From contig CM000155.2 in the NCBI GenBank assembly GCA_000004695.1, positions 1,824,001 to 1,888,000 of the forward strand: a DNA stretch of 64,000 nucleotides, read 5' to 3'. This document shows, piece after piece, positions 13,750-23,427 of the stretch. This stretch comes from Dictyostelium discoideum. Lineage: Eukaryota. The notes under the pieces were generated by a model. The model worked only from the letters and a program-made list of their open reading frames with translations. It was not told the origin of the DNA and made no database searches. Position 1 is the first letter of the stretch. The number at the start of each line of letters is the position of its first letter. The translations under genes were made by a program, and so were the position numbers.

Positions 13750-13922
13750 TTTTTTTTTTTTTTTTTTTTAAATATTGATTAATAACAGTTTATCAATTAA
13801 AGGAAATAAACGATATTTTAAAAGTTTTATTTATTGAATTTAATTATTTTTTTTTTGTATAGAAGTTATTCTTTTTTTGATTCGAATTTTTTTTTTTTTT
13901 TCAAAAAAGGGATTTGAACTGG

Positions 13923-13954
13923 TTTTTTTTTTTTTTTTACCTAAAAGCGGTGTA
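13923..13954 (-). mobile_element. Extremely 5'-truncated poly(A) retroelement 3' end: (on - strand) TACACCGCTTTTAGGT + A16, flanked by a ~14-bp target-site duplication GGGATTTGAACTGG (13909..13922 and 13956..13969). It sits 37-50 bp downstream of tRNA-His in the same orientation, consistent with a TRE3-type tRNA-targeting non-LTR retrotransposon remnant.
   Basis: The same 16-nt + oligo(A) block recurs at 46258..46288, downstream of tRNA-Leu. The duplicated flank is itself the B-box-like external B box (GGTCACCAGTTCAAATCCCC on the - strand). Confidence 0.4.
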
Positions 13955-14005
13955 GGGGATTTGAACTGGTGACCTTAGTTTTTTCATTAAAAAAGTGCCG
14001 CGACC

Positions 14006-14076
14006 TGGAATCGAACCAGGGTCAACAGAGCCACAATCTGATGTACTACCACTATACTATCACGGCTTATTGTGAT
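14006..14076 (-). tRNA. tRNA-His (anticodon GUG)
   Basis: The reverse complement folds as a cloverleaf. Acceptor GCCGTGA/TCGCGGC, anticodon stem TCAGA/TCTGT with loop TTGTGGC, T-arm CCTGGTTCGATTCCAGG, discriminator A. There is no encoded G-1, which is normal for eukaryotes. Confidence 0.85.
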
Positions 14077-14483
14077 ATTTTTCATTAAAAATTTCTCTTC
14101 CCCATTTTATTTTAAAATGATTATCAAAAAATATCACAATTGGCTTTTTTTTTAGTTAAAAATTTCTCTTTAAGGTTTTTTTTTTAAAAAATATTAATTA
14201 AAATATTTTATCAAGTCCCCCAACCTAATAATATTCAAAGATACAAACAAAGATAAAAACATAGTATAATATTAAAAGATATACAAAAACTATATAATTA
14301 TAAAACAGTTAATGATAAAGTTGAAAATTATAATTTATTAAATTGAGAGGAAAAAAAAAAAAAAAAGTAAGATTCTACAAAATTATATTCTATTATTTTC
14401 TTTTTTTATTTTTTTTTTTATTTTTTTATTTTTTTTATTTTTTTAAAAATAAATTTTACTTTTTTTTTTTACTCGTTAAATTA

Positions 14484-15573
14484 TTAAACTTGTTGGTAAC
14501 CTTGACCTCCGGTACCAGTGACTTTAGATTTGATGAAGAAAACACCATCCTTAATTAAACCACCAAAATTAACCCACATTTCTTTATTTGGGAACATATC
14601 TGAACCGTGTTGATGTTTAACTTTGGCATTGAAAATAATACCACCAACAATGTAAACAACAGTAACTGATAATAAACTAATAATAATGATAATAATAATA
14701 ATAAATTTAAAAAGAAAAATAAATGTGGTTAGGTTTTTTTTTTTTTTTTTTTATGAAAATAAACTTGATAACAATGAAAATAAAAAAATAAAAAATACTT
14801 ACATGATAATGAAAATCCAACCACCACCAATACCACCTTTCTTTGGTTGATCACCACCATTGCTACCGCTATTATTGTTATCACCACTACCACTACCACC
14901 ACTACATAAATCTTTACCGGACATGACTGTAGAATAAATACATTTATTTTCATTGACAAGAGTTGCTTGAATTGAGTTGGCATTTTGACTACATTGTAAT
15001 GAAACTACCATTGTTCTCATGTTACCACTTGAACATTTAGAGCTAGTGGTATATTGAAGACTTGGTAAATTACTAACTGTTTGCCAACTGCCCATAGTAA
15101 TCAAACCAACAGGTGTTGGAGGACTTGTTCCACCAACTTGCATTTGACAAGCTGCTGCAGCATCATTTTTACATTGAGTTGCTACACCACAAATATTCCA
15201 ATAGTATCTATATTTACCTTGAGGATTTGTACCTGATACTGCACTTAAAGCTGAATAACTTCCACTGTAATTTATTTTTTATATTTTAACATTAAAAAAA
15301 AAAAAAAAAGTATTAATAAGTTTTTACTTTTTTATAGTAATCATTATTATTATTATTTATTATTATTTTTTTTTTTTTTATAGTTATTATTATTATTATT
15401 ATTATTATAATTTTTTTTTTATTTCTCATTGCAAAAATTAAAAAATAAAATAGTACATACTTTGATAAGGCACCATAGTTGATACCATTGTGTGTACATT
15501 GTGATGGTGATCCTTGACCAAATGCCATTGTGGCAATTGCAAGTACTAATAAAATACTGGCAATAAATTTCAT
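14484..15573 (-). CDS. Mannose-6-phosphate receptor family (MRH-domain) type I membrane protein. Three exons, approximately 15461..15573 (signal peptide), ~14803..15239 and 14484..14676 (TM + cytosolic tail). Splice phase of intron 1 is unresolved.
   Basis: Exon 1 is MKFIASILLVLAIATMAFGQGSPSQCTHNG..., a clear signal peptide. The middle exon carries the MRH-like core YRYYWNICGVATQCKNDAAAACQ...CSSGNMRTMVVSLQC...CIYSTVMSGKDLC. A GTAAGT donor at 14802/14801 and a TTATTAG acceptor at 14677 join to ILLSVTVVYIVGGIIFNAKVKHQHGSDMFPNKEMWVNFGGLIKDGVFFIKSKVTG. That matches the cation-dependent M6P receptor TM/tail ([29 protein letters not shown]). Confidence 0.6.
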
Positions 15574-16041
15574 TTTTATTTATTGTTTTATTTTATTGAT
15601 TAATTTAGAAAAAAAAAATATTACAAGAAAAAGGGGTAAAAATAATTATGCTTTCAATCAAAAAAAAAAAATTTAATGTCAAAAAAAAAAAAAAAAAATA
15701 GAAAAATCCCAACAATTTTCAAAAAAATAAAAAAAAAAAAAAAAAATAAAAATAAAAATAAAAAAAAAAAAAGAATTTTCTGTGCCACTTTGTTATATAT
15801 AGTTTAAATTTTTGAGCTAAATGAGAATTTGGAATCGTAAAAATAAAAAAAAATTAAAAAAATGAGGTGGTAAAAAAAAGATAAAAATAAAAAAATAAAA
15901 ATAAAAAATTAAAATAAATTGAAATCAATGGAATTCATTTAAATTATTTATTTTTAATTCTTATTTATCTTTTATTTCTCTTATTTAATATTTTTTCTTT
16001 TAACCTGGTCAAATTCCTTGATTTTTTTATTTGAAATATTT

Positions 16042-16072
<31 letters not shown>

Positions 16073-16388
16073 CTTTTTGAATTTTTTTTTTTTTTTTTAC
16101 CAAAATCAATAAAAAGAACTTGAATCCATTTTATTTTTATTAATGGAACCATTTTTTTTTTTTTTTTGATTTTTTTTGATTTTTTTTTTTTGATGACGTT
16201 ATTTAACAAGACTTTGTTTATTTATAAACAAATATAATAAATTAAATAATTTACTTTTAAATTAAATAAATTAATAATTCTTCGTCGGTTAATAAATATT
16301 TTTTTTCATTTTTTGTTTTTAATTTTTTTTTTTATAAAAATATCTCTTACCTTCACTTTCCCAATTCCTAAAAATATCTATTTTTTTT

Positions 16389-16420
<32 letters not shown>

Positions 16421-16464
16421 TTTTCTTTCAATTTATTATATATTTTTTTTTTTTTTGAATAATA

Positions 16465-17967
16465 ATGAATAATAATATTAAACTTAATGAATTAATTTTT
16501 AATGAAATTGAACCATTATTAATTTATAATTGTTCATTTAAAAGGATATTAGAATTATCATTATTATCAAAATCAATATTTAAAAAAATTCAATATCAAA
16601 TTTCAAATCAACAAAAAGAAATTAAATTTAAACCAGAAATTAATGAATTTTTAAATTATATTTATAATTTTAAAAAAAATGATAATAATAATAAATTTAA
16701 TTCATTTAATGAACCAATAATAAATAATGAATTAATTTCAACAATTTTAAATAATAATAATAATTATAAATTTAAATTAATTCAATTTAAAGAAATTGAA
16801 AATTTAAATTGTATTAATAATAATGGTAGTTATCAAGCAAAACAAAATAATGAAAATATTAAAACCAATTTAAAAAGAATTTGTAAAAATTTAAAAACAG
16901 TTTATTATTCAAATTATTTTCCAATTGATACTTTAGATGAAGATCCAACACTTGATAATTTTTTTAATTTTGAAAAAGTTGAACTTTATTGGGACTGTGA
17001 TGAATCACCACCAGAATCATTCATTGATGAATGTGATAACCAAGATGATTATCAATCATTTAATTACTCATTTGAATTTTTAAAAAGATATAAATCAATA
17101 AAGAAAATTTCAATTAGAACTGTAGATAATGAATCAAATTTACATTTAAAAAATTTAAATAATTTATTTAAAAATATTAATAATATTAATCAATTAAATA
17201 AAATTCAATTCAATTATCAAAATACTTCATATAATTTTTTAATAAATGAAAAATTAAATAATATTAAAAATTTAAATTCATTTTCAATTAGATTAGGTAA
17301 TTTTGGTTTAAATATTATAAACGAAGAAAATGAAGAAAATCAAGAAAATGAAGATTTGGAAATATTAAATGAAATAATTAATAATAATTGTGAAAATACT
17401 TCTAAATTAATTGAAATTATTTTTAAAAATATTAACTTATTAAAAAATAATAAATTAAGGAAATTAATAATTAATAAATGTCATTCTGATGATAATGAAT
17501 TTAATTCACCAAATTCAAATAATCCATGTGAATTTTTAAAATTATTATTAAATGAAAATTATTCAATAGAAAATTTAAGAATTTTAGGTTTGGCTGTATA
17601 TGATTTAACTAAATATGATGATTTTAAATTATTATCAGAATTAATTAATAAAAATAATAAAATTAATCAATTAATTACAAATATTCAATCATTTGAACAA
17701 TTTTTAAAACATTGTAATGAAAATAAAAATATTGAAATTTTAAAAATTTCATTAGATAAATATTCAGATAATTTAGAATTATTAAATAATATAAATTGGG
17801 AAAATATTTTAAATTTAATAAATAATAATAAATCATTAAAATCAATTTATTTATATAATAATGATCAATTTGATGAAAATTTACAATTTCTAAATAATTT
17901 AAATTCATTAAAAAATAATAATAATAATAATAATTTAAATATTACAATTTTAAATAATTTTAAATAA
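16465..17967 (+). CDS. Hypothetical Asn/Ile/Leu-rich 500 aa protein with degenerate leucine-rich-repeat-like periodicity. The N-terminus (LNELIFNEIEPLLIYNCSFKRILELSLLSKSIFKKI) is weakly F-box-like.
   Basis: Long uninterrupted ORF in otherwise stop-rich AT DNA. Its 3' third is duplicated downstream at 19193..20882. No confident family assignment. Confidence 0.6.
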   Translation: MNNNIKLNELIFNEIEPLLIYNCSFKRILELSLLSKSIFKKIQYQISNQQKEIKFKPEINEFLNYIYNFKKNDNNNKFNSFNEPIINNELISTILNNNNNYKFKLIQFKEIENLNCINNNGSYQAKQNNENIKTNLKRICKNLKTVYYSNYFPIDTLDEDPTLDNFFNFEKVELYWDCDESPPESFIDECDNQDDYQSFNYSFEFLKRYKSIKKISIRTVDNESNLHLKNLNNLFKNINNINQLNKIQFNYQNTSYNFLINEKLNNIKNLNSFSIRLGNFGLNIINEENEENQENEDLEILNEIINNNCENTSKLIEIIFKNINLLKNNKLRKLIINKCHSDDNEFNSPNSNNPCEFLKLLLNENYSIENLRILGLAVYDLTKYDDFKLLSELINKNNKINQLITNIQSFEQFLKHCNENKNIEILKISLDKYSDNLELLNNINWENILNLINNNKSLKSIYLYNNDQFDENLQFLNNLNSLKNNNNNNNLNITILNNFK

Positions 17968-18217
17968 TTTCCCAAAAAAAAAAAAAAAAAAAAATAAAAT
18001 TATATTTATAGAATTTTTATAGTGCAATTTTTTTTTTTTTCCCAAAAATAATTTCGAGAGAAGACAAAAATAGTAAAAGTTTTGGTTTACCAAGAAAAGG
18101 TAGAGTAACAAAATATTAAAACAAATTAGGAATGACAAATAGAAATTATAATCTTAGGGAACTATGCTCAAAACAAATAATGATATATTTATTTTAATAG
18201 GGTTTTTTAATTGTTTT

Positions 18218-18570
18218 TTAATTTAAACATGGTTCATCTTTAATGTCTATTTTAGAAAAATTTGAGTAAACTAAATCTATGGCATCTTTAAAGGTTTTTA
18301 GGTGGTTCATATTTGAAATTTGTAAATTTAAATTACTATTTTTTTCAATTAATTCCTTTTTTTCTTCTTCTAGTAATGCTTTACCTTGTTCTAATTCAGA
18401 TTTAACTTGACTTAATTTTTTTATATCACATCCCAAATCTGATATTTCCTTTTATTAATCAAATTCTTTGCAAAAATAATAGAATCACCTTCTTTTGAAT
18501 TTAAATTACGATTCCAACCACGTGGTCTATCTGGAGTTACTCTATTTACTAAATCATCAAAATCTTCCAT
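18218..18570 (-). CDS. Possible small coiled-coil protein gene. Exon 1 starts at ATG 18570 (MEDFDDLVNRVTPDRPRGWNRNLNSKEGDSIIFAKN...). The downstream ORF 18218..18436 (..DIKKLSQVKSELEQGKALLEEEKKELIEKNSNLNLQISNMNHLKTFKDAIDLVYSNFS..) is in another frame, so an intron is implied but the splice sites are unresolved.
   Basis: Two adjacent GC-richer open frames on the - strand. Only a non-ATG (TTG) start exists for the second ORF. Confidence 0.25.
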
Positions 18571-18700
18571 TTCTAAATATTATTTAGTTTTTTTTTAAAA
18601 AAAAATTTATATCAAAAAATAAAGATTTCAAAAAAAATTGATCAAAATTTTTTTAAAATTTTTGAAAATTTTTTAAAATTTTTGGAAAATTTTTTTACAT

Positions 18701-18898
18701 AATTTTTACATAACATTTACATTTAAATATTATTTAATATATAGTTATTAAAAAAAAAAAAATGAATTTTAAAGAGCAGAGGCTTCAACATTATAAAATT
18801 TCTAGTGTTCTACCTTTTTCCACTTTTGTAAAAAAAGGGGTATTTTTTAATAACTATATATTAAATAATATTTAAATGTAAATGTTATGTAAAAATTA
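18701..18898. repeat. Perfect ~55-bp inverted repeat (arms 18701..18756 and 18843..18898, AATTTTTACATAACATTTACATTTAAATATTATTTAATATATAGTTATTAAAAAA) around an ~85-bp spacer. Hairpin or MITE-like structure.
   Basis: The arms are exact reverse complements on direct reading. Confidence 0.7.
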
Positions 18899-19047
18899 AT
18901 TTCCTTTCCTTTTTTTTAATAATTTCCATATTAAAATAACATTTTAATAAAATTACAAATTTCAAAATAAAAAAAAAAAAAAATAAAAAACAAAAAAAAA
19001 AAAAAAAAAATAATAATAATAATGATAGTATAAAATTTCTTTCTATG

Positions 19048-19120
19048 TAACTATTTGTAAAATAAACTTTTCAAATAAATTAAAATTATTTATTTGAAAA
19101 GTTTATTTTACAAATAGTTA
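19048..19120. repeat. Perfect 33-bp palindromic inverted repeat TAACTATTTGTAAAATAAACTTTTCAAATAAAT / ATTTATTTGAAAAGTTTATTTTACAAATAGTTA with a 7-bp loop.
   Basis: Exact reverse-complement arms. Confidence 0.7.
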
Positions 19121-19192
19121 AATAATTATTTTAATGTATATTTTTCAAATTAATTATTTTTAAAATTGGAAGCTTGGCCCAGAAATTATATT

Positions 19193-20882
19193 TTTTGGTT
19201 TAAATATGATAAATGAAGAAAATGAAGAAAATGAAGATTTGGAAATATTAAATGAAATAATTAATAATGTGAAAATACTTCTAAATTAATTGAAATTATT
19301 TTTAAAAATATTAACTTATTAAAAAATAAAAATAATAAATTAATAATTAATAATTGATAAAGAAATTAATAATTAATAAATGTCATTCTGATGATAATGA
19401 ATTTAATTCACCAAATTCAAATAATCCTGTAACAACTGGTGGTCGGTTTCATCAGTGTTAGTTTTTCCTAATGATTTTTTTATTGTGTTGGTTATTGCTG
19501 CTGAAGTTATTGGTGTTGTAATGTTTGGGTGATGATGGTGGTGTTGAATGGTTATTTAATTGTTGTTGAGATTGTTGATTTATTAATTGAATGTGTTGTT
19601 GAAGAAGTTGATTTTGTTTATCTATTACCTGCTGATGTTCCCTTATTTGACGTTGCTGTTCATTGAATGTTGATACCTTTGGTTGTTGTTGTTGTTCCTC
19701 ATTATCCTGTTGTTGAGATTCATTATTATCAATATCTTCATTATTATTATTGTTGTTATTATTATTATTATTTGACATTCTTTTAAAATAAATTATTTAA
19801 TAAAATTGGGTTATTTATTATTATTAATTTAATTTATTGTTTTAATATTACTGAATTTATTTATTTTATTATTATAAAAATAAATGATTAATTATTTAAG
19901 AAATAAATGTACACATATATTTAATTGATGACCATATCCCTATCGCGTTTTTATTATTTTTAACTATTTATTACTGAGGTTAAATTAGAAACCTAGTTTC
20001 TTTTTATAGTCCTCAGATTTGAGCGAACTCAAATCTGTTAACTACTCCAACCTCAGCAGATAGGGTTAGATCCAATTTAAACTACAATATTATATTATTT
20101 TAATTTTTAATTAAATTATTTTTAAATTTATATTATTATTTTATATGATGATTTTGTGTGTGTGACATTTTTAATATCTGGTATATAATATCTATTGTGA
20201 AAACTTTTTTTTATTATTTTCTGAATTGTGTGTGTTATAATAAAATGTTTAAACAAAACTATATTCTAAATTATTATTATTTATTTTTTTGAATTATTAT
20301 TTAGTTGTGTTTAGTGAGTTTATTATATAAAATGAAACAATTTATTAAAATAAATTAAGTTAGTAATAATTAATATTGAATTATTAATTCAATATTAATA
20401 GTTATTTTTAAATGTTCTGTTTAGAACATTAAATGATAATTATTCAATGGCAAATTAAAGAATTTTATTTTTAGCTGTATATGATTCAACTAAAAATGAT
20501 GATGATTTTAAATTATTATCAGAGTTTATTAATAAAAATAATAAAATTAATCAATTTGTTACACATATTCACTCATTTGAACAATTTTTAAAACATTGTA
20601 ATGAAAATAAAAATATTGAAATTTTAAAAATTTCATTAGATAAATATTCAGATAATTTAGAATTATTAAATAATATAAATTTGGAAAATATTTTAAATTT
20701 AATAAATAATAATAAATCATTAAAATCAATTTATTTATATAATAATGATCAATTTGATGAAAATTTACAATTTCTAAATAATTTAAATTCATTAAAAAAT
20801 TATAATAATAATTTAAATTTTAAAATTTTAAATTTAAATAATTTTTAAAAAAAAAAAAATTATATTTATAGAATTTTTATAG
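19193..20882 (+). pseudogene. Degenerate partial duplicate (~90% identity) of the 3' ~720 bp of the 16465..17967 gene. Two blocks, 19193..19427 (matching 17302..17525) and 20441..20882 (matching 17561..18022), are split by a ~1.0 kb insertion (19428..20440) that replaces 35 bp of the parental sequence.
   Basis: Direct alignment by eye. Long shared strings include GAAGATTTGGAAATATTAAATGAAATAATTAATAAT, TGTCATTCTGATGATAATGAATTTAATTCACCAAATTCAAATAATCC and the whole ...CATTGTAATGAAAATAAAAATATTGAAATTTTAAAAATTTCATTAGATAAATATTCAGATAATTTAGAATTATTAAATAATATAAAT... block. ORF 20559..20792(-) is a near-copy of ORF 17675..17908(-). The copy lacks the 5' 840 bp and the start codon. Confidence 0.6.
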
Positions 20883-20976
20883 CCATAATAATTTGTTTTT
20901 TTTTTTTTTTTTCCTCGTTTTAAAGTTCTTAAAATTTATTTAACCAAGAATTAAAAAATTTTAAAATAAAAGGAAT

Positions 20977-21019
<43 letters not shown>

Positions 21020-21103
21020 CGTTTAAAAGTTTCTTGTTTTTTTATTTTTATTATTTTATTTTTTTCGGAACTGAAATAAAAAACAAATAAAAAAAAAAAA
21101 AAT

Positions 21104-22081
21104 ATGAATAATGTTAGCGATGAAGAAATAGATGATGTTTCAGATGATTATGTTGGTGAGAAGCCAAAGAATGACGAGGATTTTTATAGTGCAGATAGTG
21201 ATATTGAAAAGTTAACTCACAAAAACGAGGATGACATCGAACCAAATCCTTCACTCTCTCAAAAAGATGATGAAAAAATACAAAAACAACAACAACAACA
21301 GCAACAGCAACAACAACAACAACAACAACAAAGTAAAGATATTAGCATCAATTTGGACGAATATCAACAAGAAACAGATAGTGAGGAGTATGATTCTGAT
21401 TATATCGATGATATGGATTCTGACGAATATGAAGAAAAGTGTGAAAATGATAGAGAAAAAGACAATTTATATGAATTAGAAAATGAAGAAAGAGATGAAA
21501 AATTTGGTATTGAATACATTAATACCAATACTGCAAATAAAAATAATAATAATAATAATAATAACAATATAGTGGAAGTTTCACTATATGAAAGATTACT
21601 AAAAAGAGATTTCAATAGATACAATAAAAGTGATATAAACACTAAAAATAATATAAATAATAAAAATAATATTAATAATAATAATAATAATAATAATAAC
21701 AATAATAATAATAATAAAAGAAAAGATTTATATATATATAGTAGTAGCGATAAAGAATTAAACAATAATATAATTAAAAGTTCTTTATCTAATCTCTTTT
21801 TCGAAGAAGAGTGTGAGGCTGATAATGAGGAAGAAGAAGATGAAGAAGGTGATGATAAAGGTATTAAACAAAGAATTAAAAGATATCAAGATATTAAAAA
21901 TAGTAAATTAATAATTAAAAGAGCAAAAAGTTTAACACAAGGTATCATATTGGATCCTATCGATCCAACAATTAAAAATAGTTTTCAACAATATCTAATT
22001 CAAAGAGAATTAAAACAAATAAAAGTAAAAAATAATAAAAATAATAGTAATAATGATAGTAATGACGGCAGTAGTAATAAT

Positions 22082-22113
<32 letters not shown>

Positions 22114-23413
22114 TAACGGTGAGTCAGTTGATAATCAAAATGATAATAAAAATAATAATGATGAAAAAACTGTTACAATAAAAGAACCAACTCCACCACC
22201 AACACCACTAAAAAAAAAGAGAAAATCAAAATCAAAACAAGCAGAAATTGAAGTTGTCCCCTTTACAAGATCAATTTCATCAATACCAGACTATCAAAAT
22301 TTTTATAATAATAATTCAAAAAAAGTTGAAACCTTATTAAATTGGGATACTTTAAATATTAAAAATTCAATTACAAATAAAAATAATAGTATAAATATAA
22401 ATAATAGTAATAATTATAATTATAATAATAAAGGAGAATTTTTAAAATTTAAAAAAGAAGAAAAAGAAATAATATATTATTATATGATTTATTATTCATC
22501 AAGTTTATTATTTTATAGGTGTAATGAATTATGGAAGATGATTTCAAATCATTTAGATAGTAAACCATCACCATTAAAAATTGGAATTTTTATAACAAAT
22601 AAATTAGAATCTAATCAATCTTTTAATGAATGGAGTTTAAAATGTAAAAATAAATATTTCAATTTAAATAGTAATAGTAATAGTAATGGTGATAGTAATA
22701 GTAATATTCAAGAATCAATAGATTTTAAATTACCACCACATTTACAATATCCAATATCAAATTTATCATTTAAAGATAAACAAATTAAAATTATTGAAAA
22801 ACAATTATTAGAATTAAATGGAATTTATATGAAATCACCAATAACGATTGGAACAAAAGAATTCAATTATAATAAAAATAATAATAATAACAATGGGTCA
22901 ATTGGTATTGAAATTACAAATGATATTAAAGATAGTAAAAAATATAGATTCGTTGCATCAAATGAAGATTTATTAATTGAACAAATTAATACAGATTTAT
23001 TATTAGAACAAGAGAAAGATAATATTAAAAAAGAATTTAATGAATTTGAAGGTGGTGGTAGTATTGTACCACAAGTATTATCAGGAAAAGGTTTAGAAAG
23101 TTTATTAACATCAAAAGAGTTTAATCATATTACACCATATCCAACAGTTTTCATTGATATGGCAGAAGCATTAAGAGATTGGTTAAAACCAGTAGTTCAA
23201 GAATTATCATTTTTAAAACCAGTCATTCACCATCAACATGCTGATAATGAAGAAATCACAGTTGAACAAGTATTAGAATCATTAAGAGTTACTCAAAATT
23301 TACCAAATGAAAATTGGAAACCTTCAAAAAGATATAAAAAATTTTATGATGAAAAAGATAAATCAACAAATAACAAAATTGATGTTTCTATATTATTTAA
23401 AAATTTAAAATAA
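21104..23413 (+). CDS. Hypothetical 769 aa protein. The N-terminal half is acidic and Asn/Gln-rich low complexity. The C-terminal ~330 aa are non-repetitive (…KIGIFITNKLESNQSFNEWSLKCKNKYF…FIDMAEALRDWLKPVVQELSFLKPVIHHQHADNEEITVEQVLESLRVTQNLPNENWKPSKRYKKFYDEK…).
   Basis: Long ORF with (CAA)n and (AAT)n-encoded tracts. No family recognised. Confidence 0.6.
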
Positions 23414-23427
23414 ATAAATACTTATTT

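Noticed and set aside
19458-19778. Gln/Asn-rich 106-aa ORF on the - strand inside the 1 kb insertion.
   Set aside because: Not reported as a gene. It is embedded in a likely insertion or transposon fragment with no recognisable domain, and Q/N-rich ORFs arise easily from (CAA)n/(AAT)n. I cannot rule out that it is a fragment of a real gene.
21231-21765. ORFs 21231..21479 + and 21400..21765 - within the 21104..23413 gene.
   Set aside because: Off-frame or antisense of low-complexity coding sequence (poly-Leu from (CAA)n antisense).
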